This document shows, in pieces, positions 25,359 to 32,875 of a stretch of DNA of 32,875 nt; position 1 is the first letter of the stretch, and every line of letters begins with the position of its first letter. Under the pieces are notes generated by a model. It was given only the letters and a program-made list of their open reading frames with translations, did not search any database and was not told the DNA's origin. The stretch is from Nanobdellota archaeon (GTDB lineage: Archaea; Nanobdellota; Nanobdellia; Woesearchaeales; GW2011-AR9): contig JAHJDB010000041.1 in assembly GCA_018812765.1 (NCBI GenBank), positions 1 through 32,875 of the forward strand, written 5' to 3'. The translations under genes and the position numbers were made by a program.

Positions 25359-25452
25359 CTTAATTCACCTCTTAAGTGTTTATAAGATTTAAGACTACAA
25401 ATATAAATATTTTTAATCATTAAACAGTTACAGGTATTTTATAATAGTAACC

Positions 25453-25460
25453 TTTATAAA
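25453..25460 (+). promoter_or_regulatory. Putative TATA box upstream of smc
   Basis: AACC-TTTATAAA in the divergent intergenic region. Confidence 0.45.
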
Positions 25461-25545
25461 CCAAAAATGAAACATTCAAAACATATAAAAAGAGGGTGGA
25501 AATTCATCCTAGAAGAGGCATTAATACTTATTGGAGAGATTTAGT

Positions 25546-28500
25546 ATGACAATTATAAACCGTATTACAATCCACGGATTCAAAAGTTTTGCCCATAAGA
25601 CAGACATTCCTTTTGAAGAGAAATTTAACTGTATTCTTGGTCCAAACGGTTCGGGAAAATCTAACGTAGGAGATGCTCTTTGCTTCGTCTTGGGAAGAAT
25701 TTCAGCCAAATCTATGCGGGCAGAAAAGGCAGCTAACTTGATTTTTAACGGAGGTAAAGATAAGAAACCTTCTTCTGCAGGTTCGGTAGAAATAGCGTTC
25801 TGTAACAAAAGTAAGATCTTTCCTGTTGAGGGAGCCGAAGTTGTTGTAAATAGGACTCTTAAAAAAGATGGGAATAGCATCTACCGAATTAATGGTAAAA
25901 AAAAGACTCGTTCAGAAGTTATCGACCTTCTTTCTGTAGCTCACATAAATCCTAACGGTTATAACATCATCCTTCAAGGAGATATAACTAGATTTGTAGA
26001 CTTGCATCCTGTCGAGAGAAGAAAAATCATTGAAGAGATTAGCGATGTTTCTGTATATGAAGACAAGAAACATAAAGCTTTGTTAGAGTTAACTAAAGTT
26101 GAAGAGAAGCTTAACAATGCAGATATTATTCTTAAAGAAAGAAAGACTTATCTTAAAGAGTTAAAAAAAGATCGTGATCAGGCTTTAAAATTTAAAGAGC
26201 TGAAAGATCAGATTGATTCAAACAAGGCAACTTTTTTGCATCTACAGATAACCGAAAGGGAAGAGGTAAAAGAGAAGTATGATTCTGAATCTAGTGGCAG
26301 CCAGAAAAAGATAGATTCTTTCAACGAAAAAGTAAGTAAGCTTAAAGAAGATATAGTTGAACACAAAAAAAGTGTTGAAAGTATTAACCACCAAATTGAA
26401 CAGAAGGGCGAGAAGGAACAACTGAAAGTTCATCGGGAGATTGAGGATTTAAAGGTTATTCTCGCTCAAGACAAAACTAGAATTTCAACCCTGAAAGATG
26501 AGATTAATAAGATCAATCAGAGGAAAGACCAGATTAATATTGAGATTAAGGAACTAGAAGAAAAAAGTTCTTTACATTCAAAGAATGATCAGGAAATCAG
26601 GTTAAATATTCAAAGGAAACAAAAAGAATTAGAATCCTTGGAAGAGGCAATTGCTCAATTCAAGAAAAAAAATAAGATTGAATCTTCTCAAGAACTTGAA
26701 GTTGAGATTGAAGAAAAAGACCAGCTAATCGAAGAGAAGCAGGAAGAAGTTCAACAGATCAGAGTAAAACAACAGGAACTTTTGAGAGAGAAAGATCGGA
26801 TAGAGTATAAATTAGAATCAATCGATGAACAAATCAGGAAAGTTAAAGAAGTTAAAAAAGAAAATAAAGAGCAGATTAACACTTTACAGCAGTACAAAAA
26901 TGATTTTAAGGCTTCTACTTTAAGATTGAACACTTGTTTAGATCAAGACAGCAGTTTTGCTTCTCAACTAGGTAATGCCAGAAGAAAATTAGCAGAATTA
27001 CAGGAGCTGCATGCTAAATCATCAGCTAAGAATCTTACCATCAAAGCAGGTCTTGCCAGTAACTTAGCTGTAAAAAGTATTCTTGACAATAGGAAAAAAT
27101 TTGGTGGTGTCTATGGAACTATAGCTGAGCTTGGACAGACTAAAAGAGAGTATGCTTTGGCTTTAGAAACTTGTGCTGGCGGCAAGATGCAGAATATAGT
27201 TGTTGATGAAGATAAGACTGCTGCTGAATGTATTAAATATCTTAAGAGCAACAAGCTTGGTTCTGCTTCATTTATTCCGTTAAATAAGATCAAGTATCAA
27301 GACATCTCTGGTGATGATCAAAAAATGCTTAAAAATAAAGGGGTTCATGATTTCGCTCTCAATTTAATTTCGTTTAAATCACAGTATAAGAAAGCTTTCT
27401 CTTACGTTTTTGGAAAAACTCTTGTTGTTGATACTATCGATACAGCTAGACAGATTGGGATTGGTAAAATAAAGATGGCCACTTTAGACGGCAGCATTGC
27501 TGAAGCAAGCGGGGTAATGAAAGGTGGATTTATCACTAAAAAATCTTCGTTAGGGTTCCAGGAAAAGGATTCCATGGAAGAGCTGGAGAAACTAGATAAA
27601 GAGATTGCTGAGATTCAAAGTGTTTTTGCTAATGTTGAAATGAAAAGAGATGCTAACATGGAGGAGATATCTTCTCTTAGAAACAAGAAAGCAGAATTAG
27701 AAGGAGAAATAATTAAGCTAGAAAAAACTTTACACTTAGATACGGATGATTTAGATGCTTCTGGGGAAGTTAAGAAAGAGCTGAAGACTAGGCTTAAGGA
27801 TGTGGAGTCAGAACTTTCAAATGTACAGAGAGATATTAGTAGGATTAATCAGGAACTTGCTAACCTTAAATCCAAGAAAAACATGTTAAGATCAGAAGTA
27901 AGCCAGTTAAGGAATCCTCGGCTGCTTGCTCAGCTTAGTGCTTTTGAAGAGTCTAGGCAGAAATCTCGGGAAGAACTTTTGCATCTTCAGAACGAGCTGA
28001 AAAATATTACAATTCAAATGGAGCAGATGATCGGTCCAGAAAGAGAGAAGTTTAAAGAGATTTTCAAACAGCATGACAAAGAAGAACAGCAATTCCTTGT
28101 GGAAATAAAAGAGCTGGAGAAAAAAGTAAAGAAGAAGGAAACTGAACTTTCTGAGAAAGAAAAAGAAAGTAAAGAATTTTATTCCAAATACAAGGAATTA
28201 TTTAATCAGAGAGAAAAGTTAAGTTCAGAAATAAATAAATCTGAAAATGAAGTTGAATCTTTGCGAGAAAAAGTTCGTGAATCTGAGAGAGAAGTTAATC
28301 TAATCTCTTTAAAGAATGCTGAAGTTAAAGCCAGACTGGCTGGATTATATGAAGAGTTTAATAGATATAAGGATGTTGAGATTTTTAAGGATAAGAATAA
28401 AGAAGAGCTTCAACAAGCTATCAATAAATTTGAGGTTATGCTTGCTCAGATGTCTGCTGTGAACATGAAGGCGCTAGAGATTTATGAAGTTGTGGAAAGA

Positions 28501-29037
28501 GAATTCAACAAATTAATGGGAAAGAAAACCAGTCTTGAAACAGAAAAAGTAGAAATCATGACTTTAATGAACGAGATTGAATCAAAGAAGAAGGAACATT
28601 TCATGAAAACTTTCAATCAAGCTAATGAAAATTTCCAGAAAATTTTTGGCAACCTTTTCAAGAAAGGGAAAGCTTACCTGCAATTAGAGAATCCTGAGAA
28701 CATTTTTGAGGGCGGACTTTCCATAAAAGTAAAATTCACCGGTAATCGTTTCATGGATATTAAATCCTTGTCGGGGGGAGAGAAAACTTTGACGGCTCTA
28801 TCCTTTATTTTTGCTATCCAAGAATACCAGCCAGCTTCATTTTATGTTTTAGATGAAATTGATGCTGCTTTAGATAAGCATAACTCTGAAATCCTGTCAA
28901 AGCTAATCAGGAATTATGCTGATAGGGCACAGTACATAATTATTTCACACAACGATTCTTTGATCTCTGAAGCTGACACCTTATTTGGAGTAAGCATGAA
29001 AGATGGAGTAAGCAAAGTTACTAGTTTAAAGCTTTAG
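25546..29037 (+). CDS. smc: Chromosome segregation protein SMC
   Basis: GFKSF, Walker A GPNGSGKSN, ILQG, long coiled coils, hinge (GVYGTIAELG...GVMKGG), LSGGEK signature, Walker B LDEIDAALD, IISH. Confidence 0.97.
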   Translation: MTIINRITIHGFKSFAHKTDIPFEEKFNCILGPNGSGKSNVGDALCFVLGRISAKSMRAEKAANLIFNGGKDKKPSSAGSVEIAFCNKSKIFPVEGAEVVVNRTLKKDGNSIYRINGKKKTRSEVIDLLSVAHINPNGYNIILQGDITRFVDLHPVERRKIIEEISDVSVYEDKKHKALLELTKVEEKLNNADIILKERKTYLKELKKDRDQALKFKELKDQIDSNKATFLHLQITEREEVKEKYDSESSGSQKKIDSFNEKVSKLKEDIVEHKKSVESINHQIEQKGEKEQLKVHREIEDLKVILAQDKTRISTLKDEINKINQRKDQINIEIKELEEKSSLHSKNDQEIRLNIQRKQKELESLEEAIAQFKKKNKIESSQELEVEIEEKDQLIEEKQEEVQQIRVKQQELLREKDRIEYKLESIDEQIRKVKEVKKENKEQINTLQQYKNDFKASTLRLNTCLDQDSSFASQLGNARRKLAELQELHAKSSAKNLTIKAGLASNLAVKSILDNRKKFGGVYGTIAELGQTKREYALALETCAGGKMQNIVVDEDKTAAECIKYLKSNKLGSASFIPLNKIKYQDISGDDQKMLKNKGVHDFALNLISFKSQYKKAFSYVFGKTLVVDTIDTARQIGIGKIKMATLDGSIAEASGVMKGGFITKKSSLGFQEKDSMEELEKLDKEIAEIQSVFANVEMKRDANMEEISSLRNKKAELEGEIIKLEKTLHLDTDDLDASGEVKKELKTRLKDVESELSNVQRDISRINQELANLKSKKNMLRSEVSQLRNPRLLAQLSAFEESRQKSREELLHLQNELKNITIQMEQMIGPEREKFKEIFKQHDKEEQQFLVEIKELEKKVKKKETELSEKEKESKEFYSKYKELFNQREKLSSEINKSENEVESLREKVRESEREVNLISLKNAEVKARLAGLYEEFNRYKDVEIFKDKNKEELQQAINKFEVMLAQMSAVNMKALEIYEVVEREFNKLMGKKTSLETEKVEIMTLMNEIESKKKEHFMKTFNQANENFQKIFGNLFKKGKAYLQLENPENIFEGGLSIKVKFTGNRFMDIKSLSGGEKTLTALSFIFAIQEYQPASFYVLDEIDAALDKHNSEILSKLIRNYADRAQYIIISHNDSLISEADTLFGVSMKDGVSKVTSLKL

Positions 29038-29285
29038 ATAAATAAACTTGATTTTTTAAGTAAATCGTTTATTTTCTCAAAAACAATTCAACTAAAAGTC
29101 ATCATTAGTTTTATAAAATTTTTTTATTCCAGAATTACGGCATTAAAAAAAGCGAAATAAATACTATCAGTTGTTTCATGACACATTAAAATCTGACAAC
29201 ATCTAATAAATAGATAAAACCAACAAGAGCTTACTGATAAAGTCAATAAAATTGACTAGATTGACTTTAGGAGTTTCTTGCTTTA

Positions 29286-29522
29286 TTAAAGGTATTTCTT
29301 AGCTTTTTCTATTAATGGAAGGACAGCTAGAACTTCTTCTTTGTTCATCCTTCCGAGTTTTGCAAACATAGGTTCGCCGCTAGCATTCTTATTTTGTCTT
29401 ACAATCTGCAGCTTAGGGGTACCTTCATTGTATGCAAATACGGACACAGTTATCTTAGTTTTCTCAAAGTCTACGGCTTCTGAGAACAGTTCTTTGTCCA
29501 ATTCTTTGTTAAATCCTGGCAT
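29286..29522 (-). CDS. Small PC4/YdbC-like ssDNA-binding protein
   Basis: VSVFAYNEGTPKLQIVR...KLGRMNKEEVLAVL resembles the PC4 fold; AGGAGG SD overlapping the gyrB stop region. Confidence 0.55.
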   Translation of the reverse strand: MPGFNKELDKELFSEAVDFEKTKITVSVFAYNEGTPKLQIVRQNKNASGEPMFAKLGRMNKEEVLAVLPLIEKAKKYL

Positions 29523-29533
29523 TTTTTTTCCTC

Positions 29534-32800
<3,267 letters not shown>

Positions 32801-32875
32801 CTAATTCCACCTTTGTTTTAACAGGTTTTTTTGTGGTTTTATCGACGATAAATAATATTATATTATATAAGAATA

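Noticed and set aside
29038-29285. Inverted repeats (AGTCAAT/ATTGACT) between the convergent smc and PC4-like genes as a dif site or origin
   Set aside because: No recognisable dif or ORB consensus; more simply terminator-region structure.

Overview
AT-rich archaeal chromosomal segment, most consistent with a DPANN lineage such as Woesearchaeota/Pacearchaeota. That placement is inferred from BRE-TATA promoters, a class I archaeal CCA-adding enzyme, CarS, split Dph2, a class III signal-peptide pilin, a BHB-intron tRNA and many bacterial-type genes. Recognisable housekeeping genes are class II ribonucleotide reductase, an RsuA/RluB-type pseudouridine synthase, CarS and a CDP-alcohol phosphotransferase, Dph2 in two ORFs, SelU/MnmH, Cca, acylphosphatase, an AdoMetDC-like proenzyme, SMC, and GyrB with a 434-aa HNH intein closely resembling the Synechocystis GyrB intein. 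The ORF track misses a tRNA-Arg(GCG) at 17553-17667 (-) with two BHB-type introns (D-loop 19/20 and canonical 37/38). Best candidates for undescribed biology: (i) a tandem pair of paralogous two-TM proteins fused to an MJ1316/DUF504-like RNA-end-recognition domain, upstream of a pilin; (ii) a membrane-anchored, probably extracytoplasmic JAMM metalloprotease; (iii) a pore-less voltage-sensor protein; (iv) a duplicated Cc1-like chromatin protein with a histone-H1-like tail; (v) apparently dead enzymes kept as intact ORFs (EndoV, DNA MTase) and a truncated Rqc2/NFACT. All family calls come from motif recognition by eye, not database searches. No CRISPR array, rRNA or transposase was seen.
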